A stretch of DNA of 64,000 nt from Cyanobacteriota bacterium (GTDB taxonomy: Bacteria; Cyanobacteriota; Cyanobacteriia; PCC-6307; Cyanobiaceae): assembly GCA_046052125.1 (NCBI GenBank), contig JBJOMY010000006.1, positions 46,377 to 110,376 on the forward strand. The letters are read 5' to 3'. Under the pieces are notes generated by a model, which made no database searches, was not told the DNA's origin, and saw only the letters and a list, made by a program, of their open reading frames with translations. Positions 42,883 through 53,095 of this stretch are shown here, piece by piece. The stretch's first letter is position 1. Every line of letters begins with the position of its first letter. A program made the position numbers and the translations under genes.

Positions 42883-44036
42883 CCCAAAGCGGCCGCGTCA
42901 TCTGTCGCAAGCAACGCCGTGAGCTGGAGTTCACTGCGCTCCATCTCGCGGGCGCCTTCGGCAATCAAGGCGCCAACAGCCGTGCCACCGGCATGGGATT
43001 CCAACCATTGCTGAGCCTGGTTGCCCTGCTGCAGCACGGTCTGCAGCGGGGCTAGCCAACGGTCCAAACCAAGCTCCTGAGTCAAAGGCGCCATGCCGTC
43101 CAGCTCGGCGGCCAGCCACTGGCGCGCCTGCACTGGCTCACCCGTGCGCCAGTGGCGAAGCACAGCATCCAGGCTGCTGCGGGCCGCGGCCTGGTCATTG
43201 GCATCGGCCAGCTCCGCCAGCTGCTCAAGGCTGAGCTGGCTGGCGCGCTGCGGATCGTGGAGCTCGGGCTCCCGCAACAACTGCTGAATGCGCGCCTCAG
43301 CGAAGGCGGTGACCGCCAGCAGCACCAATGGATCGGTGATCAGATCACAGATGCGGATCTCAAGGCGATTGAGATCGTGGGGGCGGTTATCACCGTTGGG
43401 CCGCACAGAGGTCCAGAGGTGACGCACGTTCTGCATCGTGCCGAGCTGGAGTTGTTGCTCCACCCAGTCGATGTAATGGCGGTGACTTTCAAACAGCGGC
43501 ACCGCCAGGGGCGTGAGCGGGAACTGCAGCCAGCGCTGGGAATGGGCGCCTGTGCTGGCACCATCGAGGAAGGGTGAACTGGCGCTGATCGCCAGGAGCA
43601 GCGCCGCCTCAGAACGCACCAAACGGCAGGCGGCGAACAGCGCCTCCATATCGGTGAGACCCAGGTTGATATGCACGCTGGCCGTCACCACCCGGGTGCC
43701 GTAGGTGGCCTCGATGTAGCCGTGGTACGGGTTGTCGGGATTGGAGCGCTCAAACCGGTGGCTATCGCCGGTGCTGAGCGTGCTGCCGGGCAGAAGGGTG
43801 AGCTCGCGCCCCTGAAGCCAGTGGCGCAGGCGCCGCCGCGGCTCGAGCAGCAGCTCCAACTGCTCGCGGTACGACGCAGCCGGCGCCGTGGTGTATTCGA
43901 GATTGCGGCAGTCGGGCTCGGTCACGAACCCATCGAGAGCGGCGGCGGCCTCAGCGGAGCAGCCCACCACGGTGCCGTCAGCCCGGCCGGTGTAGAGCTC
44001 CACCTCAAAGCCCTTGAGCATCAGGGAGCCGCTCAT
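42879..44036 (-). CDS. gshA: Glutamate--cysteine ligase (cyanobacterial type)
   Basis: [45 protein letters not shown]. Confidence 0.9.
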   Translation of the reverse strand: MSGSLMLKGFEVELYTGRADGTVVGCSAEAAAALDGFVTEPDCRNLEYTTAPAASYREQLELLLEPRRRLRHWLQGRELTLLPGSTLSTGDSHRFERSNPDNPYHGYIEATYGTRVVTASVHINLGLTDMEALFAACRLVRSEAALLLAISASSPFLDGASTGAHSQRWLQFPLTPLAVPLFESHRHYIDWVEQQLQLGTMQNVRHLWTSVRPNGDNRPHDLNRLEIRICDLITDPLVLLAVTAFAEARIQQLLREPELHDPQRASQLSLEQLAELADANDQAAARSSLDAVLRHWRTGEPVQARQWLAAELDGMAPLTQELGLDRWLAPLQTVLQQGNQAQQWLESHAGGTAVGALIAEGAREMERSELQLTALLATDDAAALG

Positions 44037-45553
44037 GCCAGACACGCCAGTGCCTTGAGCATGCCGCGCGCCTTGTTGAGGGTTTCCTGGAACTCCGAAG
44101 CAGGCACCGAATCCGCCACCAGACCAGCTCCAGCCTGCACCTGCACCCGCCAGCCGCCTGCGGCCTCAGGCAGCACCACCATCGTGCGAATCGTGATGGC
44201 GGTGTTGAGTGCACCGCTGAGATCCATGGCGCCGTACACGCCCGAGTAGGGCCCGCGGGCATCGGGCTCCAGGGCGTTGATCAACTGCATGGCACGGATC
44301 TTGGGGGCACCGCTCACGGTGCCGGCGGGGAAGGAGGCCATCAGTAGATCCCACACGTCGCGCTGCGGATCGAGCAAACCCTCCACTTCGCTCACGATGT
44401 GCATCACATGCGAATAGCGCTCGATCACCATCAGCTCGCTCACACTCACGCTGCCGGGCTGGCAAACGCGACCGAGATCGTTGCGCCCCAGATCAACCAG
44501 CATCACGTGTTCAGCCCGCTCCTTGGGATCAGCGAGTAGATCCGCTTCCAGCGCCTGATCTTCCGCGGCATCGGCGCCCCGGGGCCGGGTGCCGGCGATG
44601 GGCCGCAGCGAGGCCTTCACCCGGCCGCTGCCATCAGCCATCGGCTCGGCTTTCACCATCACCTCAGGGCTAGAGCCGATCAGATGCCAGCCGCCGAAAT
44701 TAAAGAACGCCATGTAGGGCGATGGATTCACCATGCGCAGGCTGCGGTAGAGCTCAAACGGCTCCCGCTGCACGTGGGTTTCCAGTCGCTGGCTGATCAC
44801 CAGCTGAAACACATCACCAGCGGCAATGTGTTCCTTAGCGGTGAGCACCGCCGCCTCGAATTCCTCGCGGCTGCGGTTGCTGGTGGTGGGCAAATCCACG
44901 CTGGGCGATTCCTGCCAATCGAGCGGCGTCAGCCCCGGTGGCAGCGGCGCATGCATCCGCCGCTCCAGGCCATCCAGCCTCGCCAGGGCTGCGTCGTAGG
45001 CGGCGGAAGGATCAGCGCCGGCACTGCAGTCGGCGTAGGCAACGGCGGTGATCTGCCGCTTCACCTGATCGAACACCAGCAGGCTGTCGGCCAGCATCCA
45101 GCACCCATCAGGAGGCCCCTGGGGATCGGTGGGATGCACGGGAACGCTGGGCTCAATCCAGCGGATCAGTTCGTAGCCCCAGAAGCCAAACAGCTGCCCC
45201 ACCGGCGGCAGGCCGGGAATGGTGGAGGCGCTGTAGGGCTGCAAGGCCTCACGCAGCAAATCAAAGGGGTTGCCCTGCAGCTGGTTGCGGCGACCATCGC
45301 GCCAACACTGTTCAGCGTGATCGCCACGCACGGTGAGCGTCCACAACGGATCGCTCACCACAAAGCTCCAGCGACCGATGCGCTCGCCGCCTTCCACCGA
45401 TTCGAGCAGCACGCCGTGCTCGCTGCCAGCGCCCACTTTCAGCCAGGTGGTGAGCGGTGTTTCCAAATCCGCCGGCCAGGTGCGCCAGATGGGGATGTAG
45501 CTGCTGCCCGCCTCAGCCTGGGCCAGAACAGTGGCGCGGTCGGGAGATGGCAT
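44033..45553 (-). CDS. trpE: Anthranilate synthase component I
   Basis: LLESVEGGE, NPSPYM, RPIAGTR, KERAEHVMLVDLGRND, FPAGTVSGAPK. Confidence 0.93.
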   Translation of the reverse strand: MPSPDRATVLAQAEAGSSYIPIWRTWPADLETPLTTWLKVGAGSEHGVLLESVEGGERIGRWSFVVSDPLWTLTVRGDHAEQCWRDGRRNQLQGNPFDLLREALQPYSASTIPGLPPVGQLFGFWGYELIRWIEPSVPVHPTDPQGPPDGCWMLADSLLVFDQVKRQITAVAYADCSAGADPSAAYDAALARLDGLERRMHAPLPPGLTPLDWQESPSVDLPTTSNRSREEFEAAVLTAKEHIAAGDVFQLVISQRLETHVQREPFELYRSLRMVNPSPYMAFFNFGGWHLIGSSPEVMVKAEPMADGSGRVKASLRPIAGTRPRGADAAEDQALEADLLADPKERAEHVMLVDLGRNDLGRVCQPGSVSVSELMVIERYSHVMHIVSEVEGLLDPQRDVWDLLMASFPAGTVSGAPKIRAMQLINALEPDARGPYSGVYGAMDLSGALNTAITIRTMVVLPEAAGGWRVQVQAGAGLVADSVPASEFQETLNKARGMLKALACLA

Positions 45554-45571
45554 CACGTGGGGCGTGCAGGC

Positions 45572-45596
45572 AAAAAAAACGGGGCGCCTGGCCCCG
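45572..45596 (-). terminator. Terminator after psaD
   Basis: cggggc...gccccg stem with A8 on the + strand. Confidence 0.7.
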
Positions 45597-45650
45597 CCTT
45601 TATAGAGGTTGATCGCCCTGCCTCAGGCTGTGGGGCAGGGGATGCAGCGA

Positions 45651-46073
45651 TCAGGAATCGAAGGTGTTCTTGCCGGTGAACTTGATGCTGGCGGGGTTGC
45701 CGTTCTGGCCGATACGGCGAGCGTTGTGACCCACCATCACGCGACCTTCGTTCACTTTCTCGGGGAACACACCATCTTTGGGGTGCAGGAACTCGGTGTC
45801 GCCGCCGGGGAAGATCCGGTAGATCTTGTAATCCTCGATGCGGGGCTTGAACTTGGTGCGCAGCTGGGTGCCGAGGGCCAGGCACTGCTCTTTGCGGGCG
45901 AAATACATGATGTTTTCGCCCTCGTTCATGTGAGCGGCACCACCGGTGGGCAGCTCAAACGCCTGAACCTTGCTGCTGGTCCAGGTGATCGCGTACTTCT
46001 CTTCGGTTTCAGCGGCGTTGAGCAGACCGCCTGTGCTGCCGATGTACTTCGGGAGTTGACCGCTCAATGTCAT
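45651..46073 (-). CDS. psaD: Photosystem I subunit II
   Basis: [40 protein letters not shown]. Confidence 0.98.
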   Translation of the reverse strand: MTLSGQLPKYIGSTGGLLNAAETEEKYAITWTSSKVQAFELPTGGAAHMNEGENIMYFARKEQCLALGTQLRTKFKPRIEDYKIYRIFPGGDTEFLHPKDGVFPEKVNEGRVMVGHNARRIGQNGNPASIKFTGKNTFDS

Positions 46074-46167
46074 GGCTGTTCCGGAGAGGGGAGTCGGCGG
46101 ACCGCAGACCGTTTCGTCCGGAAGCTAGCACCGTGTTTTGGGCCCAACAGCCTGCAGCAGCAGGGTC

Positions 46168-46185
46168 TTCACACCAGTCAACAAA
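46168..46185. promoter_or_regulatory. Possible degenerate HLR1 (RpaB) site upstream of psaD
   Basis: TTCACACC-AG-TCAACAAA, a 10-nt-period repeat with several mismatches to HLR1, about 40-60 nt upstream of extended -10 TGcTAGCTT (46130-46122). Confidence 0.3.
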
Positions 46186-46194
46186 CCCGGGCGA

Positions 46195-47565
46195 TCAGCT
46201 GCTGGCCACAGGGAAAAAGACCGTGAGATCGTTGCCGGCTCGCTCGGCCAGGCGCCCCCCCAGGCTGTGGAACAGCCGCTGGGTGGCCTGACGGCTCAGC
46301 TGCAGGCTGCCAGTGCCGGGATTCCAGCTGAGCACTGGGCCCACCCGTTCCGCGCCGTCGGCTTCCCCCGGCTCGGCAAGCACGGCTTCGGTGGCACTGA
46401 AACGCAGCTTCAGGCGTGCTCCGGCGGGCCTGAGGCTGAGCTGCACCACCGCCCCCGCCGGCAATCCACGGCTGAAGCGATCCACCAGCCCGCCCAACAC
46501 GGTTTCCAGACGAGCCGGATCGCTCAGCACAGGCGGCAGATCCGGGCTGAAGCTGAGCTCAATCGCCAGACTCCGGCGCAGCAGCTGCTGCCTCCAGGCC
46601 GGCTCCAACTGTTGCAACAGGCGGGCCAGGTCGGTGCGGGCCAGCGCCTGGGCCTCGCCCTGAGGCTGCCGCTGCAGTTCTGCCGCCAGGAAGATCAAGC
46701 CAAAGCGATCGATCTGCTCGCTGCACTCCCCATCGATCTGCTGCAGCCTCTGGCGCACCAGCTCGGGCAAATCGCTGCGGCGCAGGAGCGAACGGATCAA
46801 GGTGCGAATCGTGGCCAGCGGCGTGCGCACCTCATGGGTGAGGGCCTCCAACAGGGCCAGCTCACTACTGGGGCTGCTGGAGGCCCCACTCGCCGCCGCG
46901 GGGCTGCGATGCACCAGGGGCTGAAGCGTGAGGCTGGGGGCCATGGCCGCCAGGCGCTCCGCCAGCCGGGGCCAGAAGCGTTGAGCCAGCTGCTCATCAC
47001 TCTGCAGCGGCCCCAGGGCCTGAATTGCCTGGCGCAGCCGCTGGCCCTGCTGGTGGTCGCTGCCCTGCAGGCGTTCATCCAGCAGGCTCAAGGCCGCTGA
47101 GAGGGTGGGTGGATCAAAGCGCACCACCAAGTGCCGCTGGCCGGGTTCCCCCAGCAACGCCATCGCCACCTGCAGGCGCGGCGTGATCAGCAGTAGCAGC
47201 GGGTCGGTGCCATCACCTTCCAACAGCGGCAACCGCTCAAAACCGCCGGCGGTGGCCGCGCCCCCGGCCGTCACCCCGGGCGGCAGCAGCGGCGCACTGG
47301 CCTGCAGCAAATCCCCCAGCTCCGGTGGCGCCCACACCCAGCCCTGAAGCTGTTGCAGCAAAGCCGGCTCGTAGAGGGCTGGCAGGGGTGCCGCCAGCCA
47401 CACACCGTTCTGCACCCCCAGGGGCAACAAAAAGTCTTCTTGGAGCGTGGCCAAGGCGGCCCACCACTGGCGGCGCACGCTGTCGTCATCGCTGCAGCCA
47501 ACCGGCACACCCTCAGCGAGCCGCTGGCGCAGCTGCTCGAGGCTCACCGGCGGCGGGGCCGTCAC
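46195..47565 (-). CDS. Atypical cytoplasmic sensor histidine kinase (Hik34-like)
   Basis: HisKA box LTHEVRTPLATIR; degenerate ATPase domain; GTG at 47565 overlaps rodA stop. Confidence 0.75.
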   Translation of the reverse strand: MTAPPPVSLEQLRQRLAEGVPVGCSDDDSVRRQWWAALATLQEDFLLPLGVQNGVWLAAPLPALYEPALLQQLQGWVWAPPELGDLLQASAPLLPPGVTAGGAATAGGFERLPLLEGDGTDPLLLLITPRLQVAMALLGEPGQRHLVVRFDPPTLSAALSLLDERLQGSDHQQGQRLRQAIQALGPLQSDEQLAQRFWPRLAERLAAMAPSLTLQPLVHRSPAAASGASSSPSSELALLEALTHEVRTPLATIRTLIRSLLRRSDLPELVRQRLQQIDGECSEQIDRFGLIFLAAELQRQPQGEAQALARTDLARLLQQLEPAWRQQLLRRSLAIELSFSPDLPPVLSDPARLETVLGGLVDRFSRGLPAGAVVQLSLRPAGARLKLRFSATEAVLAEPGEADGAERVGPVLSWNPGTGSLQLSRQATQRLFHSLGGRLAERAGNDLTVFFPVASS

Positions 47566-48848
47566 CAGCGGGTGACTCCCTGGCCGCCGCGGCGCGCCAC
47601 CGAGGCGCACAAGCCCAGGGCGATGAAGTTCACCAACATCGCTGAGCGCCCGTAGCTGAGCCAGGGCAACGGAATGCCGGTAATCGGTCCGAGGCCGATG
47701 GTCATGTTGATGTTCACCACCACCTGGAACATCACCATCGCGCCCACGCCCACCACCACCAGCGACTCCACATCACTGCGGGCCTTGCCGGCGATCTGCA
47801 GCAACCGCCAGATCCACACCACAAAGCCCACCACCGCCAGCACCGAACCCACAAATCCCATCTCCTCGCCGAGGGCGCTGAAGATGAAATCGGTGTGCTG
47901 CTCGGGGATGAAGCGCAGCAGGGTGAGGTGCCCCTGCATCAAGCCGGTGCCAAACCAGCCACCGGAGCCGATGCCCACCGTGCTCTGCAGCAGGTGGTAA
48001 CCGCCGCCGAGGGGGTCCTTGTTGGGATCTAGGAACAGCGTGAGGCGATCGCGCTGGTGGGGCTGGAGGAAGTTGTTCCACAGCCAGGGGGTGGCCACAG
48101 CGAAGAGCCCCTGCACCGCCAGCACCAGCGACAGGCCAGCGCGCTTCCAGGGCAGGCTCTTCCACGCCAGCACACCCATCGCCGGGATCCAGGCCAGCAG
48201 CAACCAGGGGAACACACCGGCCACGATCGCGGTGATCACCGGCGAGAGGAACAGCACCACCCAGCTGCCGGGCATCCCCGACCAAAACATCATCACCAGC
48301 AGCACGGAACCGAACACCAGCGAGGTGCCCAGATCGGGCTGCACGAGCACCAACAACCACGGGAAGCTGATGATCGCCACCGGCCGCACCAGATCCACCG
48401 GCCGCTCCACAGGATGCCTGGAGAGCACCCGCGCCAGCAGCAGGATCGCCCCCAACTTGGCGAACTCAGACGGCTGCACGTTGAAGCCGGCGATATTGAT
48501 CCAGCTCTGGGCGCCGAGGGCACTCACGCCGATCACCCGCACCGCAATCAGGCTCGCCACCGTGACGCCATAGATCACCCAGGGCCAGCGGGTGATGCTC
48601 TCCACCGGGATGCGGGCGAGCACCAGAGCGATCCCCATGCCCACGGCAGCGGTAACCCAGTGCTGATACCAATCGGCGTAATCCGCCTGGCGCTGGGTGC
48701 TGGCGATCAGGATCCCCGCCACGAAGATCATCGCCAGGGGAATCCACCAGAGCAGCTTGTCGACGCGGTCGACCCAGCGGCGATGCCGCGAGCCCCCAGC
48801 CGCAAATACCGATCTGCGGCGCAGGCCCCAGAGCCCCAGCAGGGTCAT
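47562..48848 (-). CDS. rodA: Rod shape-determining protein RodA (SEDS)
   Basis: QPSEFAK, QPDLGT, IPEQHTDFIFS, TGIPLPWLSYGRS. Confidence 0.95.
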   Translation of the reverse strand: MTLLGLWGLRRRSVFAAGGSRHRRWVDRVDKLLWWIPLAMIFVAGILIASTQRQADYADWYQHWVTAAVGMGIALVLARIPVESITRWPWVIYGVTVASLIAVRVIGVSALGAQSWINIAGFNVQPSEFAKLGAILLLARVLSRHPVERPVDLVRPVAIISFPWLLVLVQPDLGTSLVFGSVLLVMMFWSGMPGSWVVLFLSPVITAIVAGVFPWLLLAWIPAMGVLAWKSLPWKRAGLSLVLAVQGLFAVATPWLWNNFLQPHQRDRLTLFLDPNKDPLGGGYHLLQSTVGIGSGGWFGTGLMQGHLTLLRFIPEQHTDFIFSALGEEMGFVGSVLAVVGFVVWIWRLLQIAGKARSDVESLVVVGVGAMVMFQVVVNINMTIGLGPITGIPLPWLSYGRSAMLVNFIALGLCASVARRGGQGVTRW

Positions 48849-49948
48849 GCGGCGGCCACCAGCGGCAGCCTGGCCGCGAGCTCACGGAAGGCCTGAGCTG
48901 TGAGCGAATCCGGCGCGCTCAACACCGCCGGGCGCCCGCCATCCCCGCCCTGCACCACCGCCAGCTCCATCGGCAGTTGGGCGAGCAGCGGCACCTCGCT
49001 CTCGCTGGCCAGCTGAGCGCCGCCACCGGCGCCAAACAGCTCGTAACGCTTCTCAGGAGCGTCGGGCGGGATGAAGGCCGTCATGTTCTCCACCACGCCC
49101 AGCACCGGCACGCCCAGCTGCTGGAACATCGCCAGACCCCGGCGGGCATCCTGCAGCGACACCATCTGCGGGGTGGTGACGATGATCACGCCAGCCATCG
49201 GCACCGCCTGGGCCAGGCTGAGCTGGGCATCGCCGGTGCCAGGGGGTAGATCCACCACGAGCACATCGCGCTCACCCCACTCCACCTGATAGAGGAATTG
49301 GCGAATGATGCCGTTGAGCATCGGCCCCCGCCAGATCACGGGCTGATGGGCATCGATCAACAGCCCCATCGACACCATCGCGATGCCGCAGCTCTCCAGG
49401 GGGGTGAGGATCTGCTCGTTGCCGCTGCCGCGCACCTGAGGGGTCTGGTCGGCCACCCCCAACATCGTGGGGGCGTTGGGTCCATAGATATCCGCATCGA
49501 GCAGACCCACCCGCAGGCCGGAGGCCGCCAGGGCGCAGGCCAGGTTCACGGCCACGGTGCTCTTGCCCACACCGCCCTTGCCGCTGCTCACGGCGATCAC
49601 CTGCTTCACGCCAGGGATCGGCTGACGCTCCGGGCCGCCGCTGCCATGGCCGGCGGCGCCGATCGGCGCCTGTTGGTGGCCAGGAGCTGCAGCAGCAGGC
49701 GGCGCGAGCTCGATCTGCACATCCTCAATCCCACCGAGCTGCAGCAGCGCACCGCGGGCATCAGCGGCGATGCGATCGCGCTGGGCATTGGCGTAGCCAG
49801 GAAGGGCTAGCCGGAACACCACGCGGCTGTTCTGCACGCGCACCTGCTGAATCCACTGCAGCTCCAGCAGGCTGCGGCCGCTGCCGGCGTCGGTGAGGGG
49901 CTCGAGGGCGGCGAGGGCCTGGGCTAAGGCCTGATCTGCGCTGGCCAT
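48845..49948 (-). CDS. mrp: Mrp/ApbC Fe-S cluster carrier ATPase
   Basis: SGKGGVGKST, DADIYGP, WRGPM, DLPPGTGD, VVENM. Confidence 0.95.
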   Translation of the reverse strand: MASADQALAQALAALEPLTDAGSGRSLLELQWIQQVRVQNSRVVFRLALPGYANAQRDRIAADARGALLQLGGIEDVQIELAPPAAAAPGHQQAPIGAAGHGSGGPERQPIPGVKQVIAVSSGKGGVGKSTVAVNLACALAASGLRVGLLDADIYGPNAPTMLGVADQTPQVRGSGNEQILTPLESCGIAMVSMGLLIDAHQPVIWRGPMLNGIIRQFLYQVEWGERDVLVVDLPPGTGDAQLSLAQAVPMAGVIIVTTPQMVSLQDARRGLAMFQQLGVPVLGVVENMTAFIPPDAPEKRYELFGAGGGAQLASESEVPLLAQLPMELAVVQGGDGGRPAVLSAPDSLTAQAFRELAARLPLVAAA

Positions 49949-50116
49949 CGGGCTGGATGAAGGAATCGCGATCCTAGAAGCGGCCGCCGAGGGCGATCAG
50001 GGCCGCCAACGGCATCGCGGCATCGTGATCACGAACTCTCTCGAAGGCTTGTGCCGCGGCGGGTTGAGCTGAAAAGGTGTTGCGGTTGATTGGGCCCTTC
50101 CAGGGCGTTTGCACCG

Positions 50117-51217
50117 ATGTTGAAGGGCCTGCTCTCACGAGCCAAAGCCAAACTGGGCAGCGCCCCCGCCAACGGTGCGGCTAGCCCGGCCCTGGAGGCT
50201 CCACCAGCGGATTCCCGTCAGCGGGCCAAGGCACTGCTGATGGGCCTGCAGGATTCGATCTGCGCCGGCCTCGAGCAGCTCGATGGCACCGGCCGCTTTC
50301 AAGAAGAGAGCTGGGTGCGTCCCGAGGGCGGCGGCGGCCGCTCCCGCGTGATGAAGGGAGGCCGCATCTTCGAGCAGGGAGGCGTGAATTTCTCGGAGGT
50401 GGAAGGCAGTGAGCTGCCGCCCTCGATCCTCAGCCAGCGCCCGGAAGCCAAGGGCCACCGCTGGTTCGCCACCGGCACCTCGATGGTGCTGCACCCCCGC
50501 AACCCCTATATCCCCACCGTTCACCTCAACTACCGCTACTTCGAAGCGGGCCCGGTGTGGTGGTTCGGCGGCGGCGCCGACCTCACCCCCTACTACCCCT
50601 TCCTCGAAGACGCCCAGCACTTCCACCGCACCCTTAAAGGCGCCTGCGACAGCGTGAACCCCGCCTTCTATGAGGTGTTCAAGCCCTGGTGCGACGAATA
50701 CTTCTATTTGAAGCACCGCGATGAAACCCGCGGCGTGGGCGGCATCTTTTACGACTACCAAGATCCCCGCGGCGTTCTCTACAAAGGCCAGGCCCCCACT
50801 GGCCCCGCCGCCGCCGCCGGCCAGCGGGTGGGCCCCCAACCCCAGAGCTGGGATCAGCTGTTCGCCCTGGCCAGCGCCTGCGGCAACGCCTTCCTGCCCA
50901 GCTACGTGCCGATCGCCGAGAAGCGCCACAACACGCCCTATGGCGAGCGGGAGCGCCAGTTCCAGCTGTATCGCCGCGGCCGCTACGTGGAGTTCAACCT
51001 GGTGTTCGACCGCGGCACGATCTTCGGCCTGCAGACCAACGGCCGCACCGAGTCGATCCTGATGTCGCTGCCGCCGCTGGTGCGCTGGGAATACGGCTAT
51101 CAGCCCGAGGCCGGCAGCCGCGAAGCGCTGCTCACCGAGCTGTTCACCAAGCCCCAGAACTGGCTGGGCGACGACTCACTGATCGCCCGCTGCCAGCCCC
51201 ACGGGGCTGTGAACTGA
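50117..51217 (+). CDS. hemF: Oxygen-dependent coproporphyrinogen III oxidase
   Basis: [48 protein letters not shown]. Confidence 0.97.
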   Translation: MLKGLLSRAKAKLGSAPANGAASPALEAPPADSRQRAKALLMGLQDSICAGLEQLDGTGRFQEESWVRPEGGGGRSRVMKGGRIFEQGGVNFSEVEGSELPPSILSQRPEAKGHRWFATGTSMVLHPRNPYIPTVHLNYRYFEAGPVWWFGGGADLTPYYPFLEDAQHFHRTLKGACDSVNPAFYEVFKPWCDEYFYLKHRDETRGVGGIFYDYQDPRGVLYKGQAPTGPAAAAGQRVGPQPQSWDQLFALASACGNAFLPSYVPIAEKRHNTPYGERERQFQLYRRGRYVEFNLVFDRGTIFGLQTNGRTESILMSLPPLVRWEYGYQPEAGSREALLTELFTKPQNWLGDDSLIARCQPHGAVN

Positions 51218-52006
51218 GGCCGGCTGCGCGGCTGCAGCCGGCACCACCGGCTCAGCCACGCCCAGCTCCAGCGCGCTGACCACCCGCTCGCTGATGCTCG
51301 CCAAGGCCTGCTGGCGACTGGCTGGATTGCGCAGGGCCGTTTCCAATGGAGCTTCCAGCTTGCCGATCTCGAGCAGCGTGATGCCACGCCGCGGACCGCC
51401 AAGGCCCCCACGGAACTGCCTGGGATAACCGCCGAAGGCCACCGCCAGGCTTTCGTCAATCCTGGTGAGGGGGCGATGCAATGCAGGGATCACGCCTGAG
51501 CCCACCCCATCGGGGCCGTAGGCATCGAAATGAATCTCCAGGGCATAGCCGCCGCTGGCGGCGTGCTGCTTGCCCACGCTCCAGTTGGTGCGGGGATCAT
51601 CGCCGTCGTGGATGGTGCGCAGGGGAGGTTCGTAGAACTGAATGGTGAGCCCGCGCTGCTGCCCGAGGGCCACCACCCGTTTCGCCACCTCCAGGTTCCA
51701 ATAGAGCTCGTCGCGGATGCCGCGCTGCATCGGCTGCGCGCCGTACAGATCCACCGCTGCTCCGGAGGTGCCGGCACCGGCGATGCCCTGGGAATCGGCG
51801 TGACCGGCCATCACCAGGATCGGCACGTTCGCAGGCAGGGGCCGCAGGCCTACCCAGTCGCGCTGCAGGCGACTGCGCACGCCGGTGAGGGGATCGCTGC
51901 CTCCGCTGCGGGGGGCCGGAGCCTGAGCGGCGGCCGCAATGCCAACGGTGATCAGCAGGAAAGAGGCCAGCAGCACACTGCGGCGAAGACCAGGCACAGG
52001 GGCCAT
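51176..52006 (-). CDS. Secreted Amidase_3-like (N-acetylmuramoyl-L-alanine amidase-like) protein
   Basis: Signal peptide; AGH...DELYWN...EIHFDA...LLEIG match the H/E/H/E Zn-amidase pattern. Confidence 0.65.
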   Translation of the reverse strand: MAPVPGLRRSVLLASFLLITVGIAAAAQAPAPRSGGSDPLTGVRSRLQRDWVGLRPLPANVPILVMAGHADSQGIAGAGTSGAAVDLYGAQPMQRGIRDELYWNLEVAKRVVALGQQRGLTIQFYEPPLRTIHDGDDPRTNWSVGKQHAASGGYALEIHFDAYGPDGVGSGVIPALHRPLTRIDESLAVAFGGYPRQFRGGLGGPRRGITLLEIGKLEAPLETALRNPASRQQALASISERVVSALELGVAEPVVPAAAAQPASVHSPVGLAAGDQ

Positions 52007-52041
52007 GCGTCAGAGCAGCGAGATCAGCGCACCACTCTGGC

Positions 52042-52596
52042 TTAGATCGGCGAGCTGAGCAGATTGCCGTCGCTGAACAACCCGAGGCGCGGCCCCAGCT
52101 CCTGCTCCAGGGCAATCAACTCGTCGCGGTGGGCGCGCAGGCGCAGGGCGCTGCCGGTGGCCTGATCGTGGCTGATCAGGCGCAGCTCCACCGATTCGGC
52201 GCGAGCAGCCCGGCGGCGGTAGATCACCCCCGCCAAGGGCCCCAGCCCGATCAACAGCAGCGGCCACCAGTGCAGTTGCGGCAAGAGTTGGCGTAGCACC
52301 AGCGCCAGACAGCCAGCTCCAACGCCACCCAGCAGCGACAGCAACAGCGCCAGAGCGCCACTGGCCTGCACCTGGCCGCGGAAGCGCAGCAGGCGCCGCT
52401 CGGGTTTGCTCTCCTCCTCCAGCCAGCCCCGCTGCTGCAGCCACTCGGCCATCACCGGCAACACCTCCAGAGGCGGCTTGGAGGAGCGCACCTCCACCAC
52501 GGTGGTGCGGTCTTTACTGGCGGCCCGCAGGAAGAACACCAGGCCGACAGCCAGGAGCAGGGTGAGCAGCAGGGTGGAACCCAGAGCCGGTGGCAT
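52042..52596 (-). CDS. ccb1: Cofactor assembly of complex C subunit B (CCB1-like, cytochrome b6 heme ci)
   Basis: STLLLTLLLAVGLVFFLRAASKDRT...AHRDEL; start may be 52623. Confidence 0.8.
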   Translation of the reverse strand: MPPALGSTLLLTLLLAVGLVFFLRAASKDRTTVVEVRSSKPPLEVLPVMAEWLQQRGWLEEESKPERRLLRFRGQVQASGALALLLSLLGGVGAGCLALVLRQLLPQLHWWPLLLIGLGPLAGVIYRRRAARAESVELRLISHDQATGSALRLRAHRDELIALEQELGPRLGLFSDGNLLSSPI

Positions 52597-52990
52597 AAGC
52601 GCTGCCGTGTGTTGGCCACTCATTCTCCTCGAGCCAGTGCTGCCACGGCGGCATCAGAGCCTGGGCCGCCTGCCGGTGCTCCTCCAGTAGATGCAGCATG
52701 CGGCGCGGCCTGCCGCGACTCGGACAGCGCTGGGCGTAGCTGCTGATGGCGCCCTCGTGATCCAGGAAGTGAATGGCCTGCTGGAGCACCGTTTCCGAGA
52801 GCCTGAGCTTGGGATGGGCATCGCTGAGGTCGTGCATCAGCGCGGTGGGGTAGCTGTCGCGATCGAGCAGGCGCTCCAGGATCCAGCACACCGCTAGCTC
52901 CAGGCCCAGGTGCTGGATGGGGGGCTGCTCAAAGAACGCGCGAATGGCCGCCAGGCCGGAGGGCCCAGGGGCACGGAGGGATCGCATCAC
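52514..52990 (-). CDS. pex: PadR-family regulator, Pex (period extender)-like
   Basis: FFEQPP..L..ELAVCWIL..L...DSYPT.L...RLSETVL...RGRPRRML. Confidence 0.7.
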   Translation of the reverse strand: MMRSLRAPGPSGLAAIRAFFEQPPIQHLGLELAVCWILERLLDRDSYPTALMHDLSDAHPKLRLSETVLQQAIHFLDHEGAISSYAQRCPSRGRPRRMLHLLEEHRQAAQALMPPWQHWLEENEWPTHGSAYATGSGFHPAAHPAPGCRPGVLPAGRQ

Positions 52991-53095
52991 AGAAGAGCAC
53001 CAGGCACTACAGATCTGTTAGCGCAATCTCATTTCGATTTTCAAGAGCGAAAGATGATCTTGGGTTTTGGGGTGGCTGGCCTGTGGTCCGCGACG

